From a virus, in IMG/VR virus record IMGVR_UViG_3300030061_003170: 64,000 nt of DNA, one strand, 5' to 3'. A program made the translations under genes and the position numbers. Of the stretch, positions 24,786 through 34,601 are shown one piece after another. The notes beneath the pieces are model-generated. The model was given only the letters and a program-made list of their open reading frames with translations, ran no database searches and had not been told where the DNA came from. How positions within the stretch are numbered: position 1 is the stretch's first letter; every line of letters begins with the position of its first letter.

Positions 24786-27700
24786 TCATGCTAACCTTGC
24801 CCAGTTCTCATCAATACGACCAGAGGTTGAGAAGCCCCAGTCCTCAGAGTATCTTGGCTTCAAGAAGTATGGCACATTAACCTGTGGTTGATCCTCGTAG
24901 TCATTACCGATGTTCCAGCATCTGACCTGGGTTGTGACAGAGTTAGAGTCAATCACAGTTACAACGTGATACCACTTCTTGTTCTTGGTTTTCTTTGAAT
25001 TGACATTTATCGGTATGCACCAACAGAACTCTTCACCACTCTCAACATACTCGCTGATTGGTGGCAAACCTTTCTTTTCAAATCTCTTGAGCAGTTCGTC
25101 GGGAACCACCAAGTTCATTGGGTAAATGCCTGTAAGATTCTGGATGTGTTCGATGAACTCATTCTTGGAGAAGTCTCCCTCTGGTAAATACTTTTCAATG
25201 TTCTCATTAAGTTTCTTCTTGGTCTTCGGCTTATCAACCACAACAGCAGACCAGAAGTGCTTGGCTCCACTGAAGCGTTCATCAATCAAATCAGTCATTG
25301 CATTAGAGCGGCATAAAGCATCCAGAGACTTCTTGTTTAGTTTCCGAGCCACTACACCCTTGTCGAACAATAAGTCCTCTGGTGAATGGAAAGGTCGCTT
25401 CTCTATGATCTCATCTATGGCTGCATCACCTAGGCCTTTGATTGTCGTGAGAGGAGCAACAAGAGTTGTACCGTCAAGAACAGTCCAGTTACGTCCTGAA
25501 GTGTTGATGTTCAATGGCTTCACGTTGTAACCTTGAGCCTTTACAATGTTGATGGCTTTTTCTTTTCTTGTCTCCGGCTCTTTGTCCAAGAACGCACAGC
25601 ACCACTCTGCATTGTAATAAGTTGCAAGCCAAGCGCACTGATAAGACACGATAGAATAAGATACAGCGTGAGACTTGTTGAAACCGTAACCAGAGAAGTA
25701 TTCAAACTTCTGCCACAGTTCATCCGCCATGTCTTCGGTCATACCTTTCTCAACACAACCAAGAACAAACTTGTTGTAAATCTCTTCTTTCTTTGCTTCC
25801 TTTGCAGGATCGAGGCCTTTCTTAGTCAGAAGTTTACGAAGCAAGTTGGCATCATCAAGACCAAGGTCTTTACCAAGATGGTGAGCCAATAGAGCAATCT
25901 GCTCCTGAAAGATAAGGAAGCCATTTGTTTCTCTTGTGTATTCCTCAATAATCTCATTCTCATAGCGAACGCTTAGCGGATCTCTGATGGCAGCAACATA
26001 GTCGTTGTGAACACCGGCAGACAAAGGTCCAGGTCGAAAGATAGATGTGATGGCAGAAATGTCAACGATAGACTTTGGCTTTGCTTTCTTTGCAAACTTC
26101 TGTGCTCCTCGCTCAGCAAACTGGAAGATACCAACCCACTTGCCCTCGTGAAAGATGTTCTCGTAGACTTCTTGGTCATCCAGGTTAATAACGTCTGGGT
26201 GGAGGTTCTTGTCGTAGTACTCCTTGATGTCAGCAAACGTTGGGTTCTCAACACCGTGATGGCGTTCAAGGATCCTGCGGATGCACTCTTCCATCATTCT
26301 AAGTGTTGCGAGACCAAGGATATCAAACTTAATGAAACCCATTGGCTCAAGTTGACGAACGTTCTGCCCCTCAGACCAAGGAGTCTGTCGGACACCCTTG
26401 GAAGCAATCAATGGCATGAACTGGTCTAGTTGCTCACCAATAACCACACCACCAGCGTGACGAGAAGTTGAACGAATCTGTCCCATCAAACCCTCAACGT
26501 GAGACTTGACACGAGGATACTGTCGGAAGAAAGCCTGGAGTGACGGTGAAAACTCGCACACTTCCTCAAAGTTAGGAGTGTACATACCTGCTTTCATACC
26601 TCTGCGCTTCTTAGCAGGGCCTGTCGCTTCACGCATCATCACAGCAGTCACTTTGTTTACCTCAGTGAAAGGGATGTCGTAGAACTTAGATATGTCCTTG
26701 ATAAGAGAACGTAGTTGTAGCGTATTGAAGTTAGAGATAGGAACAACAGTGTTGGATCCCCACTCCTCAATCAGTTTCTCTTTGAGAGTCATTGGATCAG
26801 ACACATCAAAGTCGATGTCCGGATAGTCAGTTGCATCCGCTCGTAGGAAACGAGAGAACAGCAAGCCGTATTTGATAGGATCAACCTGTGTAATGCCGAG
26901 GGCATAGGCCACAAGAGAACCAGCAGCAGAACCACGGCCAGGACCAGCGAGTTGAACCTCGTCAGTCTTGTCCACGATTGCTTTCATAGTAAGAAAATAA
27001 CGGCTAAAACCACGGTCAGAAATAACAGAGAGTTCATGATTGAGACGGTTATTGTAAAGTTCAAGCACTCCCTCAGCATCTTTAGTTCCTCTTCGTTCAA
27101 GGATTCCGAGAAGACCCTCGAAAGCCAACTGTGATAGGTAATTATCAGCGGTATGGCCAGCAGGGACGACAAAGTTAGGTAAGCGGACAGTATTGTCTGG
27201 GATAAAGTCTTCAATTCTGTCAAAAGCAATTTTATGTGTCTCTTCAAGAGATTGCAATATAAGGTCATCATTGTATTTTACTCCACATTGTTTAGAATAT
27301 TTTAAGTAGTCCTCCCACATTTGATTACCGTTCTTTGGATACAGTTCGTATTCCATTTCGTCAATGTGGTCAGGAATGTTGTTATCAAGCCATTCGGGCG
27401 CACCCTTGCCGAGCCAACCGATACGCTTGTAAAGTTCGCGGTCTTGCCACGCAGTTGGATTTGGATAGTGTGAATCGCAAGTAGATACAAGAGGAATACC
27501 AAACTCCTCGTGCATTTTGATAATGTATTGGTTTAGTTCGTGCTGTTCTGAGATACCATTCCATTGCAGTTCGCCGTACCAACGGTCACCAAAGATGTCC
27601 ATCATCTTGGTGGTCATTTCACGCATGCAACTAAGGACTGCTTCTTCACCTTGTTCTCGGTTCTCCCAGTAACAACCAGCATAAACACCACCAAGACAAG

Positions 27701-28238
27701 CGGACATAGCGATGACACCCTCGCTGTTTTCACGGAGGAGGTCAAAGTCGATGCGTGGCTTACGATAGAAGTAATCGCCTGAATAAGAGGTTGATACCAT
27801 CTTGAAGATGTTGTTCAAGCCAGTCTGGTTCATTGCAACAAGAACAAGGTGTCTCTTGCGGTTGATGTCGTGCTTGGTGGCAGACTTTGACTCCGCTTCG
27901 TTCTCAACCGTGGTTCCAGAACGTGCGTTATCAATCTGCTTAGACTTAACCTTGTCGGCTTTGTACTCCTCTAGTTTTGATCTCCATCCATCGAGAGACT
28001 CGATGAAGTATGCTTCGACACCAAAGATAGGCTTGAAGTCCTTACCTTGCTTTTTCATACGCTTAGCGTGAAGAACCTGATAGGCAAAGCCATTCATATT
28101 CCCGTGGTCGGTCAAGGCCAGAGCCTCTGACCCGTTCTTGTAAGCAAAGTCCATGTGATCTGCTGGGTAGCCAAAACCATCAAATGGTGAGCCGACACCA
28201 GAGTGAGCGTGCAATCCTACAAAATTAATCTTTTTCAT
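24786..28238 (-). CDS. dnaE: DNA polymerase III alpha subunit (PHP plus catalytic domain)
   Basis: LHAHS, ALTDHG, GRGSAAGSLVAY, YPDIDFD, HAGGVVI, IKFDILGL, YGFNKSHA. Confidence 0.97.
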   Translation of the reverse strand: MKKINFVGLHAHSGVGSPFDGFGYPADHMDFAYKNGSEALALTDHGNMNGFAYQVLHAKRMKKQGKDFKPIFGVEAYFIESLDGWRSKLEEYKADKVKSKQIDNARSGTTVENEAESKSATKHDINRKRHLVLVAMNQTGLNNIFKMVSTSYSGDYFYRKPRIDFDLLRENSEGVIAMSACLGGVYAGCYWENREQGEEAVLSCMREMTTKMMDIFGDRWYGELQWNGISEQHELNQYIIKMHEEFGIPLVSTCDSHYPNPTAWQDRELYKRIGWLGKGAPEWLDNNIPDHIDEMEYELYPKNGNQMWEDYLKYSKQCGVKYNDDLILQSLEETHKIAFDRIEDFIPDNTVRLPNFVVPAGHTADNYLSQLAFEGLLGILERRGTKDAEGVLELYNNRLNHELSVISDRGFSRYFLTMKAIVDKTDEVQLAGPGRGSAAGSLVAYALGITQVDPIKYGLLFSRFLRADATDYPDIDFDVSDPMTLKEKLIEEWGSNTVVPISNFNTLQLRSLIKDISKFYDIPFTEVNKVTAVMMREATGPAKKRRGMKAGMYTPNFEEVCEFSPSLQAFFRQYPRVKSHVEGLMGQIRSTSRHAGGVVIGEQLDQFMPLIASKGVRQTPWSEGQNVRQLEPMGFIKFDILGLATLRMMEECIRRILERHHGVENPTFADIKEYYDKNLHPDVINLDDQEVYENIFHEGKWVGIFQFAERGAQKFAKKAKPKSIVDISAITSIFRPGPLSAGVHNDYVAAIRDPLSVRYENEIIEEYTRETNGFLIFQEQIALLAHHLGKDLGLDDANLLRKLLTKKGLDPAKEAKKEEIYNKFVLGCVEKGMTEDMADELWQKFEYFSGYGFNKSHAVSYSIVSYQCAWLATYYNAEWCCAFLDKEPETRKEKAINIVKAQGYNVKPLNINTSGRNWTVLDGTTLVAPLTTIKGLGDAAIDEIIEKRPFHSPEDLLFDKGVVARKLNKKSLDALCRSNAMTDLIDERFSGAKHFWSAVVVDKPKTKKKLNENIEKYLPEGDFSKNEFIEHIQNLTGIYPMNLVVPDELLKRFEKKGLPPISEYVESGEEFCWCIPINVNSKKTKNKKWYHVVTVIDSNSVTTQVRCWNIGNDYEDQPQVNVPYFLKPRYSEDWGFSTSGRIDENWARLA

Positions 28239-28267
28239 TTAGTCTCCTTGTTTTGTTGTGTGTAAAT

Positions 28268-28304
28268 AAAGTAACACGCCACTCAACATCTGTCAAGGGG
28301 CGTG
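28268..28304 (-). promoter_or_regulatory. promoter embedded in a hairpin (terminator/promoter hybrid) upstream of dnaE
   Basis: minus strand cacgcc-ccTTGACAgaTGTTGAgt-ggcgtg-tTACTTT. Confidence 0.6.
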
Positions 28305-28316
28305 CGTAAGTTTTAT

Positions 28317-29237
28317 TTAATTTTGTTGCATAAGTTCTCGCATCTTGAACAGGCCAATCTCCTTGTGCTTGCACTCAAGCATAATATCCATACGGTGACC
28401 AAAGGTATCAATTGAATCCCAGTAAGAGTCACTGTGTGCTTGAGGCTTGATCTTTGGATCGTTGTGCTCAACAGCACGAGACTGACTGTAGTGAACGACA
28501 GGGACGACATCGCCCCATGTTTGAAGAGCCAACTCAACGGCATCCTGTTGCGACAAGCCACCGGTACACATTGTGTGGTGATGGTAGTCATGCACGATGG
28601 GGATGCCTAATTCTTTGAATATACCATCGTACAACTCTTTGGTTGAGTATAGGCTTTCTTTATCGTCATTCTCCACGGTCAGTCGAGACCGTACAGACTC
28701 TGATAATCGACCGAAGTTCCGGCAAAAATTGCCAAGGGCCATAGGTTTATCATTGTATGCTCCTCCTACATGAATGTTTAGTTTTGCTTGCGGTGTGCGC
28801 GGTTGACACAACAAGTCCATAAGACGACCATGGATCTCCAGATCGCGAATGGTATTGAGAACAACCTGCTCGTTTGGCGAGCAAAGTTTGTTGAACGGGC
28901 CAGGATGCATTGTAAGACGAATGCCGTGCTCTTCCGCATACAAGCCGCAGTCAAACAAGGTCTCCTCGATCATCTCGAAGTCCGGAAGATCCTCAAGGGC
29001 ATACTCGGATGCCCAAGGGAATATCTCGGATGACATCCGAAAGAATGTGATGTTGTTTGCAACATTCCACTCAAGGATTGTCTTTAGATCCTTTACGTTC
29101 TGGGTAATTAGTTCCGATGCATAGTTGATACCTTTCTCTTGAAAGGTTTTCTTGCGCATTGTGCGGTTGGTTGAAACCTTTGGTTTTAGACCAGATAGTT
29201 CCATATTGATGCACGCATAACCAAGTCGATAATTCAT
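28317..29237 (-). CDS. uvsE: UV damage endonuclease
   Basis: RLGYAC, FFRMSSEIFP, RLTMHP, NIHVGG, LTVENDD, DYHHH, MLECKHKE. Confidence 0.95.
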   Translation of the reverse strand: MNYRLGYACINMELSGLKPKVSTNRTMRKKTFQEKGINYASELITQNVKDLKTILEWNVANNITFFRMSSEIFPWASEYALEDLPDFEMIEETLFDCGLYAEEHGIRLTMHPGPFNKLCSPNEQVVLNTIRDLEIHGRLMDLLCQPRTPQAKLNIHVGGAYNDKPMALGNFCRNFGRLSESVRSRLTVENDDKESLYSTKELYDGIFKELGIPIVHDYHHHTMCTGGLSQQDAVELALQTWGDVVPVVHYSQSRAVEHNDPKIKPQAHSDSYWDSIDTFGHRMDIMLECKHKEIGLFKMRELMQQN

Positions 29238-29289
29238 GTTGTCCTCCATGAATGTAATGTATCACGTTGTTGGTTTTTGTCAAGTTATT

Positions 29290-29871
29290 TTAGAAAAATT
29301 GCGAAGTATATTCGTCTTGAATTCTTCTCTTCTCACCGGCATAATTTAGGATATCATCTCGAAGCGCAAGATATGAAACCTCTTCTGGTCTTACAAGGAA
29401 CTCGAGTTTATCAATTGGAATTTGGCACTTAAACCCGTCTGATAATTCTGTTGAATAGTTATCAACAACTTGTTTATAAGATATTATTGCCATTGAATGA
29501 TTCGTGCTATCAATTATAATAAGATAGTCAGCGGTTGCCCTTAGGTCTTTTTCTTCGCTATTTTGCATTGTATTTGTTAATTTAATATCACTAGTTTTCT
29601 TTGGCTTAATATTACCGCCTTTAGTATACAAAACATTTCCTTGTGATTTTATTTCAAACTTTTTTCGCGTAGCAGGGCAAATCATATCATAACCGATTTG
29701 ATCAACCCATTCCAGTTTTCCTTTTGTTGCTTTCTCTAAACCACTCTCAAAAACGTCCGCCTTATCAAATCGATTTTTTCTTTCATTCAGGGTAGGCCCG
29801 ACGTGCTTTACCATTGTAAAAAACCCATCGTAATCAAAGTCATACTTTTCATAAAATTCTTGACGGTTCAT
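29290..29871 (-). CDS. PD-(D/E)XK (restriction-endonuclease-like) nuclease
   Basis: E...GYD...FEIK motif; AT-rich; flanked by promoter modules. Confidence 0.6.
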   Translation of the reverse strand: MNRQEFYEKYDFDYDGFFTMVKHVGPTLNERKNRFDKADVFESGLEKATKGKLEWVDQIGYDMICPATRKKFEIKSQGNVLYTKGGNIKPKKTSDIKLTNTMQNSEEKDLRATADYLIIIDSTNHSMAIISYKQVVDNYSTELSDGFKCQIPIDKLEFLVRPEEVSYLALRDDILNYAGEKRRIQDEYTSQFF

Positions 29872-29886
29872 ATTACCTCCATACAA

Positions 29887-29925
29887 TAAGATAACACGTC
29901 CCCCAACATTTGTCAAGGGACGTGT
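29887..29925 (-). promoter_or_regulatory. promoter embedded in a hairpin
   Basis: minus strand acacgtccc-TTGACAaaTGTTGG-gggacgtgt-TATCTT. Confidence 0.6.
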
Positions 29926-29944
29926 GCAAGTTTTTTTGTTTTAC

Positions 29945-30217
29945 TTACTGATTTTTCATGCGAAGCATTCTGTCCTCGGCATATTTCTCTTTCATCGCAT
30001 CAAGACCTGCATCTAACTTATCCAGTGCTTTCTCAAGCATTATCTCCTGGTCTGTTAGTTTCTCTGCGATCTTGTCCTGGTGATAGCGAAGTGCTTCGGC
30101 TGCTCTTTTCTCGTCTGCTTCCGCATCTTTGCGTTGTTGCCAGTTCATCCACAGCAGTGATGCCGTCCATAAACCAAGCGGACCGTATTGGGCCAAGCCC
30201 TCAATTATAGCCTCCAT
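29945..30217 (-). CDS. BhlA/UviB-like holin candidate
   Basis: LAQYGPLGLWTASLLW single TM plus charged coiled coil; ACTAATTA upstream. Confidence 0.55.
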   Translation of the reverse strand: MEAIIEGLAQYGPLGLWTASLLWMNWQQRKDAEADEKRAAEALRYHQDKIAEKLTDQEIMLEKALDKLDAGLDAMKEKYAEDRMLRMKNQ

Positions 30218-30248
30218 TCATAAACCCTCCATGATTTACAATAATTAG

Positions 30249-30329
30249 TTACTTGTTACCGTAATATCTGTAGAACCACGTAGCGCTCGCTGCTGTTGCA
30301 AGGAAAAATATAAGATTAAAGTCGATCAT
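30249..30329 (-). CDS. 26-aa single-TM peptide MIDFNLIFFLATAASATWFYRYYGNK
   Basis: AGAGG SD; not in ORF track. Confidence 0.5.
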   Translation of the reverse strand: MIDFNLIFFLATAASATWFYRYYGNK

Positions 30330-30418
30330 GTAGCACCTCTTTTTTACAAAAACTCATCCGAGTCCTTTAACTAGCGCCCGGAATAGAAAAATTTTGGCGC
30401 CGTGCTGCGCTAAGGAAG

Positions 30419-30604
30419 TTAGTCACAATCAAGTCTAGAGAGAGTCTCTTGAACGTGATAATCAAAGACACCTCTGTTTGGCCAAAACACTTTGTAAAGC
30501 CCTACCCACTTATCATAGGACGTTACGATCCCTATCCCATAGGTTAATTCATGATAGAGTGCCCGATGCATAACCAAATCTCCCTTTTCATAAACTTTTA
30601 TCAT
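30419..30604 (-). CDS. GDLV-like SH3 protein (dispersed copy)
   Basis: YEKGDLVMH...GIGIVT...VFW...LSRL. Confidence 0.75.
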   Translation of the reverse strand: MIKVYEKGDLVMHRALYHELTYGIGIVTSYDKWVGLYKVFWPNRGVFDYHVQETLSRLDCD

Positions 30605-30613
30605 TTGCTCTCC

Positions 30614-30889
30614 CTAACAACAATCTTCTTCGCACTCTTCTATTTCTTCTTTCATCCTGTCGGTCATTCCTTTAAGAAATTCCGCTTGACTCTCTAGGTC
30701 TTTGATAAGCAACTCATTGTATGCATCTGTGATTTGCGCTTCAAATCTTGCAAAATGTCTTTTCAACATTCTGTGCGTGAAATACGTAAACACCAAGTAG
30801 ATTAATGACGGGATTAGCATTCCGTAAAAGAACGCACGCCAATACAGCGCCGAATAATAAGTGTCTATAATGATTTCTAAGTTTTCCAT
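30614..30889 (-). CDS. membrane protein, single TM plus coiled coil
   Basis: hydrophobic segment AFFYGMLIPSLIYLVF. Confidence 0.7.
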   Translation of the reverse strand: MENLEIIIDTYYSALYWRAFFYGMLIPSLIYLVFTYFTHRMLKRHFARFEAQITDAYNELLIKDLESQAEFLKGMTDRMKEEIEECEEDCC

Positions 30890-31194
30890 GTTTCCTCCGT
30901 GTTTTTAAAACTTATAATTGGTGCCCCGGTAATGGGACAATACTTCTCTGTTAATGCTCCGCAGAAATATGTGCGATGCCAAATATAATCAGGGGCATCT
31001 TCAACATATACCACAAGAGTATTGTTTATCCGCTTTACTTCAAGTATTTTTGTCTCAGAAGCAGATATAATATTATCTTGGTCTACAAATTCCAAGAAAG
31101 TTTCTAAAATTGGTTCCCACCCTATTGGACAGTAGAACTCTATCAAAATAGGTGACATAAGGTGTTCGTACTTGTCATACAGTCTTTGGCTCAT
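30877..31194 (-). CDS. hypothetical phage protein
   Basis: CPIGWEPIL...EVK...CPITG motifs. Confidence 0.7.
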   Translation of the reverse strand: MSQRLYDKYEHLMSPILIEFYCPIGWEPILETFLEFVDQDNIISASETKILEVKRINNTLVVYVEDAPDYIWHRTYFCGALTEKYCPITGAPIISFKNTEETWKT

Positions 31195-31424
31195 TATATT
31201 TTTTTCACCTCGGAACACCAAACGTCTATCTCGTTACCGTCGCAGTCTGAGATTCTGTAATGGAAACCATCCACCAGTTCTTCTTCAACATAATGCTCGG
31301 GCGGATAGACTTTAATAACAACACACACTTTGTCTAAATATTGATTGATCATTAGAATTTCTGGACCAACGACAACAACGACAAGATCCCCAACCTCACA
31401 ACGAAGTCGAGGACTTATATTCAC
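31194..31424 (-). CDS. GDLV-like SH3 protein (dispersed copy)
   Basis: CEVGDLVVV...VCVVIKV...EVKKI. Confidence 0.75.
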   Translation of the reverse strand: MNISPRLRCEVGDLVVVVVGPEILMINQYLDKVCVVIKVYPPEHYVEEELVDGFHYRISDCDGNEIDVWCSEVKKI

Positions 31425-31579
31425 TGATCACCCCAATGACAATCACAAGGTGTGCATTCGCAGACTGGGCAAGATTCTTTGGCTTGCTTGGCGCTTTCCT
31501 CTTGCTTTCTTCTTCGTCTCATTGAGTAAAATTCGGAAACTCTTCTTGAACTAGCGACTGCTCTTCTAATGTTCCTCAT
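31421..31579 (-). CDS. 52-aa basic peptide with Cys-rich tail (CPVCECTPCDCHWG)
   Basis: coupled to flanking genes; not in ORF track. Confidence 0.55.
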   Translation of the reverse strand: MRNIRRAVASSRRVSEFYSMRRRRKQEESAKQAKESCPVCECTPCDCHWGDQ

Positions 31580-32547
31580 CAATCTACTCCTATTATTTTC
31601 TTACCATTTGTCGTGGCTATTTTAACTAGTTCTTTCATATTGTAAAAATGGGTTGCCTCAAGCATTACCCTTAATTCAGTCGCCATGTTTCCGTCTGAAT
31701 ATGGCTTGTATATATCGTGAATGTTGTCAGAACCGATAGCAACGACCAATTCATTCTCTACCAATTCCTCGACTGGGGTGATCGCATTATGGTCAACTGA
31801 CATCTTATCGCTTCTTCTATGGTCTATCCATGCAGTTGGACAGGTAACGAATGAAAGGTCAGCATCTTTACTAAGATCATAGATATACTGTCGGTAATTT
31901 TTTGGATGGGCTGCCAAACTAATGCTATGCACTGCCGTTACTCTTCCTTCAAGTCCGTGCTCAATTGTTTTTCTGGCCAAAAGTTCTGTTTCTTTCTCCG
32001 AAATATCATTTAGTTGATCAACGTGGGCATGAAGTCTTTTGCCAGTTTGTTTTGCCCATTCCATAACAACGTCAAGGTGTTCAGCCTCTCGGCCCTCGTC
32101 TGCTCTTGGCAAACACCCAATGACATCAAAGTCTTCAATGCGAGACTCCAATAACGCTCTGGGTTGTGGTGTTAACACCCCTTTCAGAGTCTGGTTTGCT
32201 ATTCTTAGGTCAATTCCAAGTTCTTTAGCAAGAACCTTAGCGTGAATTGCTGCATTTAACGCACGTTCTCCACAAACAGGATCTAGATCCACGAAAGATA
32301 AGGCTGATGTTACACCAAAGTGTTTTTGTCTTGTCAACGCCTTGTCAAAATTAATAAAATATCTCTCCATCATAGCAGATTTCTTGAACTTATCAACTAA
32401 CTTCCATTTTTCAAACAAATGATTGTTGACTGTTTCATTCAAGTCTTCTCTGGTAACAGTATAGGCCCTATCAAAATGAGCATGAGCATTACAAAAACCT
32501 GTCTTGTAGATTTTATCTAGCAGATCCTGAAGCGGGGAATATGTCAT
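31579..32547 (-). CDS. cytosine-deaminase-like (CodA family) amidohydrolase
   Basis: NAHAHFD, HAHVDQ, VTAVH, GSDNIHD metal ligands. Confidence 0.85.
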   Translation of the reverse strand: MTYSPLQDLLDKIYKTGFCNAHAHFDRAYTVTREDLNETVNNHLFEKWKLVDKFKKSAMMERYFINFDKALTRQKHFGVTSALSFVDLDPVCGERALNAAIHAKVLAKELGIDLRIANQTLKGVLTPQPRALLESRIEDFDVIGCLPRADEGREAEHLDVVMEWAKQTGKRLHAHVDQLNDISEKETELLARKTIEHGLEGRVTAVHSISLAAHPKNYRQYIYDLSKDADLSFVTCPTAWIDHRRSDKMSVDHNAITPVEELVENELVVAIGSDNIHDIYKPYSDGNMATELRVMLEATHFYNMKELVKIATTNGKKIIGVD

Positions 32548-33419
32548 TGTATGTATCCTGTTCCTATAACTTCGTGTTCCATGTGGGTCTCAACAAAAGT
32601 GTTTCTGTCCTCCCACAAAACATTTTCAATCTTGTGTCTCGCAAGGTGTACAGCAACGAGTGAGTTTGAAGGATATCTGGACAAATATTGTCCGGGAATT
32701 GTTATCATGCCATTGTCGCCTGTCGCACATGCAACGTACCCAAGAAGTTGGGCGCCATCATAAGAATAAACTGCAATGGTAACCATGAACGTAGAATTTG
32801 TTCCAGATGGAGACCACCAGAAATTTGTGCCATTTCTATTGATTGGTGCAGCAAATGCATAAGATGGATCGGTGTAAAGCAGTTCCTGTGGTGTAATCGA
32901 GTCAAACCCATGAAAAGAGCGAAACTTAAAACTTCCCTCTTGGGTGTTTACTTCATGCTCTGTGTCTCTGTCGTATTGGGTCTCGTAAATACCAGCATCA
33001 TAATCATCGCCAACCTTGGCCATTACAATCTCTCTAAAGTTGTTGATAACATTGATGTTTGGCCCCACGTTGATTGATTGAACAGAGGGGTTGGTAAATG
33101 TTAGGTTCTCAGTGCATTCGCCTTGAGGAACAACCCACTCAGTGTGAGATTGATTGGTCGGATCATGAAACTCAGCATGAAGAGTAATTGAAATCTCCTG
33201 TGGTTCTCCGACACACGCTGGGCACGCGACCTGACGTGCGTAATAACTAAAGTACCCTCCGATACCCTCTGGCCCTGGGTTTGGAGAGGTACCGGGTTGG
33301 GCTTCTGGTTGTGGCGAGACAGATGTGTCAATCACTGTTGTTTCGTTTGTGTCAGTAGGATTGTTTTTATACTTTACTAATCCAACCTCGGTACACGCTA
33401 ATAAAATTGCTAATAACAT
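32544..33419 (-). CDS. lipoprotein
   Basis: short lipobox MLLAILLAC, Pro-rich linker, beta-rich domain. Confidence 0.75.
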   Translation of the reverse strand: MLLAILLACTEVGLVKYKNNPTDTNETTVIDTSVSPQPEAQPGTSPNPGPEGIGGYFSYYARQVACPACVGEPQEISITLHAEFHDPTNQSHTEWVVPQGECTENLTFTNPSVQSINVGPNINVINNFREIVMAKVGDDYDAGIYETQYDRDTEHEVNTQEGSFKFRSFHGFDSITPQELLYTDPSYAFAAPINRNGTNFWWSPSGTNSTFMVTIAVYSYDGAQLLGYVACATGDNGMITIPGQYLSRYPSNSLVAVHLARHKIENVLWEDRNTFVETHMEHEVIGTGYIQ

Positions 33420-33509
33420 TTTCTTCTCCTCACTTTATCTCACTGGAAGTCGTTCTGCTTCCGTATAATTATAGTCTAACATAACAAACAGGCATTGTCA
33501 ATAAATAAT

Positions 33510-34547
33510 TCATCTATTCTTCACAAACACCGAGTTAAACTGCTGAGTACATCGAACGAATGTGGTACATTTGCTTAGTTGCTTTAGGGTTGGTGCGCCA
33601 ACATACGTACAAGTTGAACGAATGCCTCCCAATAAATCTCTAATTGTATCTTCAACGCTTCCTTTATATGGAATCTGCACTGTTCTTCCCTCTGAAGATC
33701 TGTAGTCTGCAACGCCGCCAGAGTGTTTATTCATCGCGGTATCGGAAGACATTCCGTAAAACTGTATCATCTTTTGGCCGTCAACTTCTATTATTCGTCC
33801 TCCGCCCTCTTCATGACCAGCCAACATACCACCAAGCATTACGAAGTCAGCACCAGCGCCAAAAGCCTTTGCCACATCGCCAGGACAAGTGCATCCACCA
33901 TCGGCTATAATATGCCCTCCAAGGCCGTGTGCAGCATCAGCGCACTCAATGACCGCAGAGAGTTGTGGATAGCCTACACCGGTCTGTATGCGCGTTGTAC
34001 AAACAGATCCGGGGCCAATACCAACCTTTACAACGTCTGCTCCAGCGAGGATCAACTCCTGGGTCATGTCAGCGGTCACAACGTTTCCTGCTATGATGTT
34101 CTTCTCAGGATAGTCGGCTCTAACTTGTCTTACAAAGTCAACGAAATGTTCTGAGTATCCGTTAGCAATGTCAATACAAATCCAGTAAAGATCAAACTCA
34201 TCTATTATTTCTCTTGCTCTAATGTATTCTTCTTGGTTTGTCCCAATGCTAATCGCAGCGCATGATTTAGTAAATAGTCTCCAGATGTTTCTGTTCCAAT
34301 CGCCAAACGTATGTTGCTTTGTAATACAGGTAAACATACCTTCTGAACTTAAAGCCTCGGCAATCCCAAATGTTCCGACTCCATCCATATTTGCAGCCAT
34401 AATTGGCACACCTTTCCAGGTTTTACCACTATTGCGAAAAGTAAACGTTCTGTTTAGATTTACTTCTCCTCGACTCTTTAAGATGCTCCTCTTTGGGCGA
34501 ATAAGCACGTCCTTGTAGTCAAGTTTAATTTCATTGTCAATTCTCAT
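33510..34547 (-). CDS. guaC: GMP reductase
   Basis: [51 protein letters not shown]. Confidence 0.97.
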   Translation of the reverse strand: MRIDNEIKLDYKDVLIRPKRSILKSRGEVNLNRTFTFRNSGKTWKGVPIMAANMDGVGTFGIAEALSSEGMFTCITKQHTFGDWNRNIWRLFTKSCAAISIGTNQEEYIRAREIIDEFDLYWICIDIANGYSEHFVDFVRQVRADYPEKNIIAGNVVTADMTQELILAGADVVKVGIGPGSVCTTRIQTGVGYPQLSAVIECADAAHGLGGHIIADGGCTCPGDVAKAFGAGADFVMLGGMLAGHEEGGGRIIEVDGQKMIQFYGMSSDTAMNKHSGGVADYRSSEGRTVQIPYKGSVEDTIRDLLGGIRSTCTYVGAPTLKQLSKCTTFVRCTQQFNSVFVKNR

Positions 34548-34601
34548 GATGTCTCCTTGTTGTGTTAGTAAGATAACACGACATCATAAGTTTGTCAAGT
34601 A

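Noticed and set aside
13526-30364. 13-mer actcatccgagtc present at 13526 and 30352
   Set aside because: A single 13-bp match is expected by chance in 64 kb.
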